This document shows, one piece after another, positions 37,901-50,730 of a stretch of DNA of 64,000 nt; position 1 is the first letter of the stretch, and each line of letters opens with the position of its first letter. Origin of the DNA: Isurus oxyrinchus. Lineage: Eukaryota. A model generated the notes under the pieces. It was not told where the DNA came from. It saw only the letters and a list, made by a program, of their open reading frames with translations, and searched no databases. The stretch is from the NCBI GenBank assembly GCA_026770705.1, contig JANJGN010000018.1, forward strand, positions 40,548,001 to 40,612,000. Direction: 5' to 3'. The translations under genes were made by a program, and so were the position numbers.

Positions 37901-39129
37901 AAAATATCAGGGCGTCAATAAACACGAGCAGAAAATTTTTCATCTTTGAACACAGAGAGGCTGGTTATGAAGACTCATAATGGACCATGTTTCTGAGGTT
38001 TAATTAATCAAAACAATCAGATCTAATCACAAATAACTTATGCCATTGTAGAAGATTGACTATCCCTTCCATATTGTTGAATGGGTATTAATTTAACTTA
38101 AGTATAAAAGCTGTTGGTGTCCATTACCCTTAAGTTTCTGTCTAACTAATCAGCTGGTAAGATTTAAATGAAAACGGGGAATTAAAATAGTCTGTGCCTT
38201 ATTTCTGGAGCAGCGATCAAGTTTCCAACTCACCAGGTTCCTACTGCTACCATTGCAGCTAGAAAATGGATTAAAGCAGCTTAAAGCTCCTGCTTGTATT
38301 CAGCAATGCATTCAGAGAGTGTATTGTTATTTCCTCTCTTCCATATTAAACACTGGATATATTAAACCACATTGGTTTTGAATCCCTTCCTTCAAAATCA
38401 TAATGAAAGTATTAAGCTGATAATTTAAATTAAAAGTCATTTGCACAGGAGGACAAATTGATATAATTTTCTATAATTTTCCTCAATATGTTCAGATTGC
38501 TAAACAGTTTACTCAAACCTGAGTGCCCTGGGTTTTTATGCAGTTATAAAATATGATTTCATTGGAAAAACAAACAATGGAGCTTGGACATTGGAGCTAC
38601 TTTAAATTGGTTTTAAGCACTAACAACAATCATCCTTCGAGATAATTCTTTTGATACCCTTCTGCTGTTCTGAAGTGAACAAATGACCAATATTAAGCAA
38701 AGTGAGCTGATTAATGCTATGAAAATTATTTCCATTATTAAACTGAACAGAAGATTTAGAAGTGACTATTACATGTCCTGACTTAATTTTCTGATGTTTT
38801 TAACATAATTACAACATAGGAGTTGAGTTGCCCCCTTATTTCCCCCAAGGAAATTTGCACATAGCTGAATTACTTTAGTTTTGCACCACTTCCTCACTGC
38901 ACATGAATTTGTTTCTTTATATTGCTCCTGAGCTACCACTGTGAAAACCCAACTTTGTTCTTTAATATAACCCCTTGCAGAAGATCAGAGAATGTGAATA
39001 TCCTGCACTTGTGCCAGTTCTGAATAAGCATAATTTATGCCATAAATATTAGGCATAGCAAGACCCAAAGTCGCCATTTCTGGTGGTTTATAAAATTTTT
39101 TTTGCAAAGAATTCTTCTTATTGAGACCA

Positions 39130-40770
39130 GCAGGTGGCTTGTGAACGTTCCCATCCTCAATGATGCTGGAACCCAGCACAAGTGCAAAAGGGCGTTGAAG
39201 TGCTGAGTGGATAATCATTTACTGCCTACTCCTGTGGTACCCACCATCACATAATTAATCTTCAGTCAATTCAAGTCACTCCACATGACATCAAGAAACT
39301 GTTGACTGCACAGGACACAGCAAAGGCTATGGGCCCTGTCAATATCCAGGCTGCAGAACTGAAGATTTGTGCTCCTGAATTAGCCATATGGCTTGCTAAA
39401 CTGTTTCAGTCCTGCTACAATACTGACATCTATCAACAATGTGGAAAATTTGTCAGGTAGATCCTGTCCACAAAAAGCATGAAAAATCCAACCAAGCCAA
39501 TGCTGCACCATCAGTCTACTCTCAATCATCAGCAATGTGACAGAAGATGATGTCAGCAGTGCTATCAATTGACACTTTCTGGCCAATAATGAGCTCACCA
39601 AACTTAGTTTGGCTTTCTGCTAAGGCTACTCAGTTCCAGACATCATAGCCATCGTTCAAATATGGACTAATGAAGAAATGACTTTTAGAGGTGAGGTGAC
39701 TGCCCTTGAAATTAATGCAGCATTTGACTGAATGTGGCACCAAGGAATCATAGTCAAACTAAAGTCAATGGAGATTTAGGGGAAACTCATCAGTGGCTGC
39801 AGTCATTACTGTTACAAACATTACTGGGTTATTGGAGACAAATCATTTCAATTCCAGGGCATTGCTGCAAGGGTTTCTCAGGTGTTCTAGGCCCAACTAT
39901 CTTAAGCGGTATTAGCAATCATATTTCCTCAATGATAAGATCAGAAGTGAAGCTATTTGCTGATAGTTGCAGTATTCAAGTCAATTTGCAATTCCTCAGA
40001 TAATGAAGCAGTCCATGCTAGTATGCAGTAAGTCCTGTACAACATGCCAGGCTTGGTTTGATAAGTGTCAAGTAACTTCCATGCCACAGGTTACCAGGCA
40101 ATGACTATCTCTAACAAGGGAGAGCCTAACCACATTCCCTTAATAGCATTATCATCACCAAATCCCCCACCATCAACATCCTGGGTTGACCAAACATTCA
40201 GTTGGACCAGTCACATAAATACAGTGAGTCCTAGAAAAGGTCAGAGACTGTGTATTTCATCTAAGTTGAAGCCTCTCTACCTCCTACAAGACACGTATTA
40301 GGAGTGTTATTGAACAGTCTCCACTTGCCAGGATGTTGAAGCTGCAACATTTGATAAACTTGGCATAATCCAGGACGTAACAGTCCACTTGATCGACACC
40401 CCATCCACCAACTTCAGCATCCATTCCCTACCGCATCAGCATAACGCAATATCTCCAGGGTGCACTACAGCAAGCCATCAAGACCTCTTTGGCAGCACCT
40501 CTCAAACCAGTGATCTCCACCACCTAGATGAACAAGGACAGCAGGTGCATGGACACCGTGATCTCCAAGTCTCAGACAAAAAAAATCAATCCAATAACAT
40601 TGCTGGATCAAAACCCTGGAAATTCCTATAGATTTGCATTGTAGCAATATCTTTACCACAATGACTGCAGCAGTTTAAGAATGTCCACCACCACCATCTC
40701 AATGGCATCGAGGGATGTGCAACAAATGCCTTATTTGCTAGCAGTACCCATATCCTGTGCATTAATTAAA
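39130..40770 (+). mobile_element. Older copy of the same LINE family as 14047-16900
   Basis: gcaaaggctatgggccctg, VKLFADS, ccaggcaatgactatctc, tail ..atcctgtgcattaattaaa. Confidence 0.75.
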
Positions 40771-42543
40771 ATAGAACTTAATGGCTTTTTAAGAAACAGT
40801 TAGGCAGGTTCTTGTCAATAAAGGAGATTCAAGATTATTAGAAATGCAGCAAGGGAATTCTTGGGTGGGTGGGCGAGGCCTCCTGCATAAAGTTGTTAAT
40901 TTACTACTACCCAGCAATAACAGAGCAGATGTTAAAAAGTTAATGATTCATGCCTCATTTAAGAGATTTAAGGAAATAAATCTAGACTTGACACTTTAGT
41001 GCAGGGCTGAAGAAATGCTATCGGAAGTGTCACCTGTCAGTTGAGATGTTAAGCCGAGGCCTTGTTTGTTCTCTCAGGTGGGCATAAAATACTTTGTCGG
41101 ACAATTTGAAAAGACCAGGGATTCTCCGAATATCCTGGCCAACATTTATCCTCAACTGACACAAATGACAAAATAATCTGTTTCAATGCTCAATGCTATT
41201 TGTTGACACTTGCGTATAAGGAAAAATAACCACTTGAGTGAGGGAACAAAGCGTCTCATATCTATGAACCATCCCAACAGAGTCCGAAGAAAAAAAACTG
41301 ATAGTTTCTTAATTACAAATGTGGACACAGCACTGACTGAAACACAAAGATCTTTTCAAGACCCGGTATTTTATTAACAACAAAATGACAAAATATTTCA
41401 AACAAAGCACATCACATTTTTAAATTTCCATTAAAATACTTACATCACAAATGAAATTCCACAGTATCATGCATTACTGATACATTGAAAATACCTAAAA
41501 CAGGACATCTGTCCAAACAATCAGAAACTGGGAATATCCCAACACTTCAGTATAGAATTGTTTAATTTGATCATGGCTTGGAGTAAAGGCTCCCACCTCG
41601 CAATGTCAAATTTAAAATCAGGTCAACCATATAGCAGGAAATGCTGGAAGAAATGCCTATCTGCAGGAAGCTCATACATCAGGCTGGCTGTGAGAGATTT
41701 TTATTCCTTCATTCATTTTAATATTGTGAAGCATTCACCTCGCAAACATTTTCCCAGTTATCAGTAAGACATTAAACCAGAAGGCTCTCATCCTCTATAA
41801 CATTTCTACCACCAGGCAGTGCAGGGACCCTTTTGGATCATTTTGAGAAAAGGTTAGTACTATAGTTACAAAGAGTAACAATCTCGTTAGGTGAAAACAG
41901 CACAAATTTACCAAATTAATCAAACGGTTCGACATGGTTGTGTCAAAGGTTGACACTTCTGATTGAGCATAAAGCTTTGAGAAATTGTGAATAAAGTAGA
42001 ATGAATCAGAATTAATGCACAATAATTTTTTCAAGGAAGCATTTTCAGTTACATCACAGGCCAAAAGTTACAATACACTCCACTGGAGAAGCTAGAGGGC
42101 CAAAATATGACCACCCTGAAATATAGTGCATTCAGTTTTAGCAACAAGTTATCGTTATTGTAATTCAACTGTAATGTATGTTCTGTCTTTGCAAATCCAA
42201 AACTCATATTTATCTGCGTGGTTTTGTTTACAACAGTCAATGTAGTTGCATTGCATTGACGAGATTAATTGTATTTCCAGTGACACACAGAATCTCATAT
42301 TTTTCCCTCTACTGAAACTATAGGGTAAATATTCATATTCACTCTATTCACATTGGCAATCAACTGATGGAGCGGAACATTGCCAAATCGACAACCTGCC
42401 TGAATTTTAACCCATTGATGGATTCTATAACAGAGTGGTGGGGTTGGGGGTGGAAGGGCACTCCATTCCACGGATTACTGCTCACATGCTGAAGATGAAA
42501 ATTTATACTCTGCTGTCTGCTTATCCACCTGAGCACTGAGGAA

Positions 42544-43013
42544 CAAAAACAAAAACAGAATTACCTGGAAAAACTCAGCAGGTCTGGCAGCATCGGCGGA
42601 GAAGAAAAGAGTTGACGTTTCGAGTCCTCATGACCCTTCGACAGAACTTGAGTTTGAGTCCAAGAAAGAGTTGAAATATAAGCTGGTTTAAGGTGTGTGT
42701 GTGGGGGGCAGAGAGAGAAAGAGAGAGAGAGGTGGGGGGGGTGTGGTTGTAGGGACAAACAAGGTACAACCACACCCCCCCCCACCTTTCTCTCTCTCTC
42801 TCTCTCTCCGCCCCCCACACACACACCTTAAACCAGCTTATATTTCAACTCTTTCTTGGACTCGAACTCAAGTTCTGTCGAAGGGTCATGAGGACTCGAA
42901 ACATCAACTCTTTTCTTCTCCACCGATGCTGCCAGACCTGCTGAGTTTTTCCAGGTAATTCTGTTTTTGTTTTTGTTTTGGATTTCCAGCATCCGCAGTT
43001 TTTTTGTTTTTAT
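42544..43013. mobile_element. Palindromic mini-PLE insertion (~210-bp arms, 13-nt spacer)
   Basis: Spacer 42752-42764; TSD CTGAGCACTGAGGAA 42529-42543 / 43014-43028. Confidence 0.9.
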
Positions 43014-46000
43014 CTGAGCACTGAGGAAGTTTGCAAAGGTTGCTTTGCTATCTGCTGTGTGGAACATGTTGCTCCATGTGCAATAACTAGCTACATTCAT
43101 TGCAAACTCTGCTCAATAGCATTTTAAACATGTAAACTCAAATTTTAAACAGGAACAGATTCAAATTACTAATGAGTTTTTTGAAAGCGCAATAATTAGC
43201 TGACATTATACTTTACAACCCATCCTATTCATCAGTAGTTACATGCTGATTGCATTCAACAAAAGTATTTCACTAACATCTGCAAGTGGAATAGCATAAG
43301 ACAGCCTCACATACAGCAATCAGCCAGATACAATGGTCAAATTAATCCTTATAAGCATGGCTCATTGTACTTGAACCTGTATTGGTACCTTGCTACCACT
43401 TCCTGCTGACTCTCCAAACCAATTGATATATATTTGGAAGTTTTCATTTTGAAAACTGAATTTTAAAAAAATCAAGAGAAATGTTATTTATTTATTTTTG
43501 TCTCAACACCCACCTTTACCTACAGATCCGATGACAAATGATAGATAACTCAGGTTGTTAGACATCAGGTTGATGCCTGCCCCTCTTCAGTTACTGTTCA
43601 ACTTTAGTACTTATACTGTTAAGGGGAAAAAATAAGATGTTATCTCTAGGCTGTATTGTAAGTTGTACTAAAATGTTAGAACAACTCATATTCACTTATG
43701 AGGTATTTAACTTGCATCAGAAATAGCTAAACAACAAAATATTGTTTTATTGAACTGTAACTGCGCTATAATAAATAGATAAAAGCTGCAGACTTATTTT
43801 AAATATAATTTTAAACAGCATATTTAGTACCAAGACTAACATGAACATAAATTTTTGAGGTGTCCCTTTCCAATGCCTGTCATGTTTAATGTGAATTGGA
43901 CTAGCTTTAAATATTATTTAGCATGGATTTTAACACTTCCTCTTTGAAATTCAAATTTTCACAATATAAAAAAACAGATGGAGGGACTGAAGTGAGATGT
44001 ATAGCATTTCTCCAGTTGGAAAGATTCGAGCTAATCTCCCAGAATGAGATATGATGTGAGAACTGGGGGATTGAGGCATTAGTTGAAAATACCTTATAAT
44101 AAAGTGGACTCAAAAGGTATAAATGCCATTTGAATGGCTTTTTCAATCTGTCCAGCAAGCACATCAGATTTCGCACCAAAAGGAATTTGGACATACTGTG
44201 GAATCACACTGGCTTGAAAGATCTGATTGGAACTTTAGCAAATACCTAAAGTCTACCAACCTGTTCATCTGACATCCTATTCTTCCTTCACACACACCCA
44301 CCCAAATGTATGTAACCTTTAAAATTAAGAGTGTTGATAAAATAAATAAGGACAAAATGTTTCCACTGGCAGAAGGCTGGCATAAAGAGCATAGATTTGA
44401 GATAATTCGCAAAAGAACCAGAGGGGAAATGATGCAAACTGTTATTAGTTATTAAATGGAATGCATTTCATAAAAGAGTGGTGGAAGCAGATTTTAAAAG
44501 TGAACTAGAAATATACTAGAAAAGGAACAATGAGCAGGGATAGAGAAAGAGTTGTGTAGTGGGATGAATTGGATAGCTCTTTCAAAGGCATGATGCCAAC
44601 TTTATGATTCTGTGAAAACAGCTCCCCTCAGGTGGTAACTGAACTATACCTCAAATGGAAATGAACCAGGCAAAATGCCCTCAGGTTCAATGAATGGGGT
44701 GTACTGAATTAATTGATCACTTGGGTACTACAATTGTATCCAGAGACCCTGACCCAAAGGGGGCAAAATAGCCAGAATGACTCAGGTTGGAAAATGTGTG
44801 TGAAATCTCACTGAGAACAGGTTCAGGTACAGCTCTTATGCCACTCACTATCAGACAATCTACTGGGAATTGCTATCTAGGGTCAGACAGACTGGCTATT
44901 TGGATGGGATGACTGGCTACTTGGATAGGAGTACTGGGGGGCTGTCATGGAATTGTACTCCAGCAAGATTCAGCATCTTCTGATGAGATGGGAGAAATAC
45001 AGAAAATTAACAAGCAAAAAAAGTAAAAGAGCTGCAGATCTTTAGAATGATTCAAGTGTGAAATGTCTTTGGCTCATTAATGTCTGTTCACTGATATATT
45101 GTAATTCAGTTTTGTACATTTAAAAAAAACTACAGAGATATAAACTCTTCACAATTTAAATACATGTTTAAGGGGAGCAGTATGGTGAGAATTTATGACC
45201 TGTTCCCAAATTTGGGATTTAAAAAAAATGTTTTTTTAGGGTTATGAGGAAAATATTCAGTCTTGGATTTCTATAGAGTTGACACTATTTCTTTTATATA
45301 CTATATTCTAAATTGCTGCTTTTTGGCCAGATTCAATAGTTCAAACCAAGATTTTCTCATGTTTTCTAGCTACATTACTTTTTCTCAATAAACAGTCTAC
45401 AACTATCTGCATTTCCATGGAAAAACTCCTCTTTGCATAAACAGGGAGTGAAAATATACAAAACATACCAATTTTTCCAATTCTTGGAAACTTGCAGCAT
45501 CAGCAATTTGTGATCCATTATCAGTTTCCCTGCAGGTTACGGGGATGATATGAATACTGTACATCATTCATGTCATCACACCTTCATTGAAATATTAATT
45601 AAAAAGTATGCTTGCATGACTTGTATTGCCATAATATTGCTGAATATAGGATTTTACTGCAACGTGCAATAAAGCCCCAAGCACCAACTTTATAAAATTG
45701 GCCCTTTTATATTTCTGCTCAATTATCCAATTCAGCCTGCAAAGTAGAATGTGTATTTGCTGAAGCTCCAAATAACACCCAATTACAGTTTGCTTTTTGA
45801 AGTTGCAGTATCATCTTTCAACATGTGAAGGCCAGCTCAGAACCAGTTATGCCTTTCTTGGCTTACTTAGCCAAGGCTTAGGTGCGATATACCCATATTG
45901 CTACTTTACATGGCTTTTGTGGTGTCAACTGCTGCAGTTCATAAATGTCACTGATGCCTTTTCACACTGCTTGGAAACTCTACAGGTCATACTGGTAAAA

Positions 46001-47786
46001 TCAGAATTTGTTAGCCTGATCCATTTACAGAACTAGTATTATCCAAATCTGAACCTGCAACAGGTATATTCCAGAATTAAAACAGTGTACAAAAGTGCTC
46101 AATGGAATTTTTCACACAATAATCTCAGCCAGTATCAAGTTTTGTACTGTACTTTTTCTTGATACTGCCAAATGTTTCAGTGAGTTTGAGATACACAAGC
46201 CTTCTCAAGAGCTAAATTATTGCCTTCCATATCCTGACCATATTCTTGTTACCTGATATAACATTGTTCCCAAATAAATTAATCCATTTCAGGACCAAGC
46301 TTTGCATTGGTTTTAATTAACAGATATCACTACATTGCTTGTTTCCAGAATTGTCATGGGTCTCAGCCTTTTTCTTTGTCTAGTGTACTCCACAAAAATA
46401 TAATTCACTGCTCCTACTACAGAAGAAGCTAGGAACATCCTTTAACCTGTATTGACACTCAAACTCAGATGTTTAACATTTTGGGTTATTAATTTATCAT
46501 TTAAGTTCTATGCCCTTGTAGCGATTGCTATATTCTATTGCATTTTATAATCAGAAAAAAACTGCTTAAACTTTATTCCTAGAACTTATTTTACAATGCA
46601 GTGGGCACATGGAAAGGGCACAGTGATCTCCCAATTCTCCCACCCACATTTGAAAATCTTTGCTGAATTAAAGTATATTGGTTTACTAACTCCATCTGAA
46701 ATGTATTTTTACTTCATACCTTAACCTTTTCTTTATCCCTTTTTAAATGATTAACAGTTATTGAATTCTGAGACTGGAGTTTTGTAAACAAGTGCCTCAC
46801 TCTCCAACATCAAGCTCAAAGAAGTCATTCTTTCAAAACCAGTCTGGCTGGTCCAGGATCAAAAACATCAAATTCAGAGGCAGTATCTGTGTGGGCAAGT
46901 TTATGAGCAAAGGAAATCAAAACCTTACGATTAATTTTGATCTTATTATGGAGATAAAGATGTGAAATGTAGAGACTATGTAACAACGACATGACTTTGA
47001 GAGGTTGGGGAAGGAAGAACATAATCAAGCTGTGAGCACCTGATAGTTCTGAAGGTTTAGGGTTTAAATGAATCGCTTCTTTGGTAATGAAAAAGCACAT
47101 GGGATGTGAAGGGCTGTGCAGAAGAGTCCAAGAGGCACAAAATGATGAAATAGCCTTGGCATCGACTCCACAGCTCATTTATATTCCCCACTCATGGATG
47201 TTCACAACTATGAATGCATTAGTGTAGTCAAAAGTTGGTTCTCACTTTCTGCCCTAGCTAATGAGTACTTTCTGTGACACTGGTCACCCACTCACATGAA
47301 GGATCCTTAGGCTAGATACTTGGTCAGATGATGAATTCTGTGATTGCATTCAGGGTGAGATACTGTGCCACATCATAAAAGTCCAACATGCAAACAGGGT
47401 ATAACTGCACATTTCAGAGGAACCCTGGACCAGAATGTTAAGCTACTGTTATTGTAATTAATCTGTGCTTTTACTGCAAGAAGATAGCAAATGTAACAAA
47501 GCACCCAGCATCACAAGTACCAAATACAGCCTGAAGGCATCATCAGTCATCTGACAAGTAACATTATTGAAGGAAGATAAAGGTATTGTCAGATTCTTAC
47601 CTGAACTTGCAGCTGTTGTATACTTATAGCCGAACTGTAACAATAGTTTATAAATTGGAACGACTAGATTAAGGATGCAGCAGCTTACAATGGACCTATA
47701 TGTATGAGCCTTGTGTTCCTGATGCATGGTTCATTATACATGCATTGTATGTGATAATAGAGGAGCATATTCTAGATGAGAGTAGA

Positions 47787-47995
47787 GCACATAAATCCTA
47801 CTGCACATCCTAAGCAGAATAGAATCAACTATTTTCTGGATAAAGTTTATTTATTTATTCATTCATTCAAGGGATGTGGGCTTCACTGGCTAGGCCAACA
47901 TTTATTACCCAGGATTATAATGAATAAATAGAAAAACCTTTTCTGGAAAATAGTTGATTCTATTCTGCTCAGGTTGTGCAGTGGAATTGATGTGC
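47787..47995. repeat. Imperfect ~77-bp inverted repeat around a LINE/SINE tail fragment
   Basis: agcagaatagaatcaactattttc vs gaaaatagttgattctattctgct; arms ~47787-47863 and ~47919-47995. Confidence 0.8.
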
Positions 47996-48169
47996 AGTGG
48001 GAACAGATCAAATTAACCACGTAATAACCTATCAATTCAAAATTTGTATTGCATGAAACCATACCAATTCAACATGAAAACTGATAAACCAGCTAGGTAG
48101 GGATATCCAATCAGGTTGGTTAACCATTCAGTGCTGGGATAAAAAGTTTCCAATTGTAGAATCTTCCTA

Positions 48170-48870
48170 CACATGGGCCAGCATCTTCTGGTCAGTGAGC
48201 GGGTGCAGGCCCTGCTCGCTGACGCATAATATGATGTGGGGTGACACCCAGCGTGCCTCCCGACGTCACCCCGTGTCATTTAGATTGTCAGTTCGGCAGG
48301 CACACATCCAAGTCACATGTGCGCCCACCGACCTGTCAATGGCCTATTAAGACCATTAAAAAACCAATTGAACTCATTAATGGCCTTGCCCGTCCAACCT
48401 TAAGGTTAGTGGGCAGGCTGGGAGCCCAAGCGGGCTTGTGAATAAACATGAAACCTCATCAACCGGCAGGATGAGATTTCATGAGTGATTTAAAAAAGTG
48501 CAGAATATTTTACAATAAAAGTAATGGACATATCTCAACTCATGTGATAGTATCACATGAGGGGACATGGCAGGGAAAATTTTTTCTGATATTTGTTCAA
48601 ACTTTTAATTCAGAGCCGATCTCCCTGAGGCAGCACTTCGCCTCAGGGAGATCTGTGTGCTCTTTGTGCGAAAGAACGCACTACCGGCTATGGGAATCCC
48701 CCCTCTGCCTGCACAGGGAGCGCTCATAGCGCATCCTAGCGCATGTCATGCTGGGCAGGCCTTAATTGGCCCCCCCATGTAAAATGGCAGCGTGCCCCCC
48801 ACTGGGGGGCGCCAATTGGAAGCCCACCCACTCCTGCACTTACCCCCCCTGACGGGGGGGAATGTTGCCC
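48170..48870. mobile_element. CpG-rich non-autonomous DNA transposon fragment
   Basis: Ends GAATGTTGCCC (Harbinger-like TIR); internal hairpin gatctccctgaggc...gcctcagggagatc. Confidence 0.5.
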
Positions 48871-50479
48871 ATGTATCAAACTCCATCCCCATGATAGTGA
48901 TGCTGTCTTGAAACAACCGCTTGGACCTCTGGCATTCCCCTCCCCAATCCCACTTTTCTTTCCTCACATGAATACTGTATTTTTTTTCTCATACTGTAGA
49001 ATTTATGATTTTTGAGAGTTTAATCCAATGAAATAGCCATTTTTGCTTCAGTGCAAAACATTTTTAGGTTGGATAATTCATTCCCAACCAAATCATTAAT
49101 CCACGGTGTACAGCAACATGTTAGATAATTTAAAATTTAAAGAGTGGTTTAGTAAATATAAATGGAATCGTTTTAAAACAGAATATGAATTAATGTTTGA
49201 AAATTCTCTGAAGGTATTCAAGCTGAGACAAGTGTTACATGATTTAGACTAACTGGGCTTGTAACAATGCCCAAGATTCTGTCAGCACACTGAAATTGTT
49301 TGGGCACTAGATCTGTTCAGGCCTGTAACCATTTCTTTTGACCAAATGACAGTCTTTCAAAGAACACTTTCAAACAAAACAGGCAATTATAATGATTCTT
49401 GTTCAAACACAGAATTAAAAAAGTTATTTCAAAAAGTGCAAAAGCAATATATAAAACAAAAACTATCCACTCTATAGAATTGCAGCTTAATCAGGTTTCT
49501 GTATCAAAAAAATTCATAAATGAGAAACATTGGCTGTACTTGCTAATAATCTGCTTGATCCTTGTCTATATTTGCAACAAAGGGATGGAATTTCATTGTC
49601 CTGTATCCTGCATTTGGGTAACATTGTCCTCATGTAATCCTGCCATAATGCAGCCGTAACACTGATGATGATCATTGCCTGCACAGGGTGTCCTTCCTGG
49701 CTTGTCTATTGCACAAGTAATAGTCATTTGACACTTGTCAAACACTGAGTTTGCCTGACGCAATGTCTATGAGTCTTCAGTGCTACAGCTTCTTCTCAGC
49801 TTCCGTGAGCTTTCCACTCCCCTTTTATTGTTTCTGTTGTTCAAATATTCTATGCAGTGATTGAACAGAAGGTCTGGGTGTATGTCCATTTCTCAAGTCA
49901 AAATTTCTCTGATTTTGTGTTGACCCTTCTTAGACTTATTACCTAAGCACTGGGGCAGTTAAGTGTCATGAGGCTCTAAAAAAAACACCCTCAATTTTAC
50001 ATCATTACAGCTCAATATTTCTATCCATGGAACTGCATTTGCTACAGTTCTGTATTCCTCGGGAGTGACAATAGTCTTAACATTCAAGGGATCATCTGGC
50101 ATTTTAATGAGATCATACCTATTACACATGATGGACTAATGTGACAGCAGAACTCTCATGCAGTAAAAACAGTTGGCAGAAGACTATACATCTACATTAG
50201 TGTAAAATTAAACATTCCAACTATATCAACTAATTGGGTAGGGAGTAATGGGGAAGAGGCCAATTGAGGCAAACATCTTGGAATAAATGGATCCTCTTTC
50301 CCCCATATCTCACTGCCATGACCCTCAGAATGTACATTCTTAATGTAAGAGGTGGAGGATATTGCTTCCAAACTTGGATATTTTGGGGTTAAATATTCAT
50401 CCTTAATTCATTACAACTTTGACCCCGTCAGTCGAATATCTCTTATATTTTCTCCGAAATCCCTTTCCTTCTTCCCCTC

Positions 50480-50730
50480 TTAACCAAGGCTCCCTGGTCC
50501 TATTCTGAAATCTGGTGGCTCAAGGCTTGTTGGAGAATAAGTCACTGCAGGTTCTTTAATCCAAAGCAATGGAACACCATTTTTGCCATCAGATTTCTTC
50601 TGCGAATTTAGAGTTTTATAGCGTGTTAGTAAAATTGCAATAAGCAGGACTCCAAAAATTGGAAAAGGGTAGAAAAATATAAAGTAGAATAGGGCATCAT
50701 TTGAACAAATCGCATCCTGAAGAGAAGAAC
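50480..50730 (-). CDS. IGSF3: IGSF3-like terminal coding exon (transmembrane helix + cytoplasmic tail)
   Basis: Acceptor ttcctccag, stop TAA at 50482-50480. ICSNDALFYFIFFYPFPIFG...DGKNGVPLLWIKEP...YSPT.LEPP closely matches the recalled IGSF3 C-terminus. Confidence 0.9.

Larger units (their letters stand above)
31830..38775 (-). pseudogene. Putative decayed CHGN-family gene, copy B, interrupted by TEs
   Basis: 31870-32385 is clearly homologous to 12280-12760 (ETAVLYSKPWGLSSLFRNQLESLGG; HVF/RKEAVAAFKSWWYGEA). Hydrophobic signal-anchor-like LLFSLIMEIIFIALISSLCLILVIC at ~38753-38680. Confidence 0.4.

Noticed and set aside
42544-43013. MITE (DNA transposon) interpretation of the palindromes
   Set aside because: Arms are PLE 3' ends, the two termini are unequal, centres differ per copy, and TSD length varies (14-16 bp).
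47601-47634. Possible 34-nt minus-strand mini-exon (ttacag...CAG/GTAAG)
   Set aside because: Lies downstream of the IGSF3-like stop codon, and there is no partner exon or recognisable peptide.
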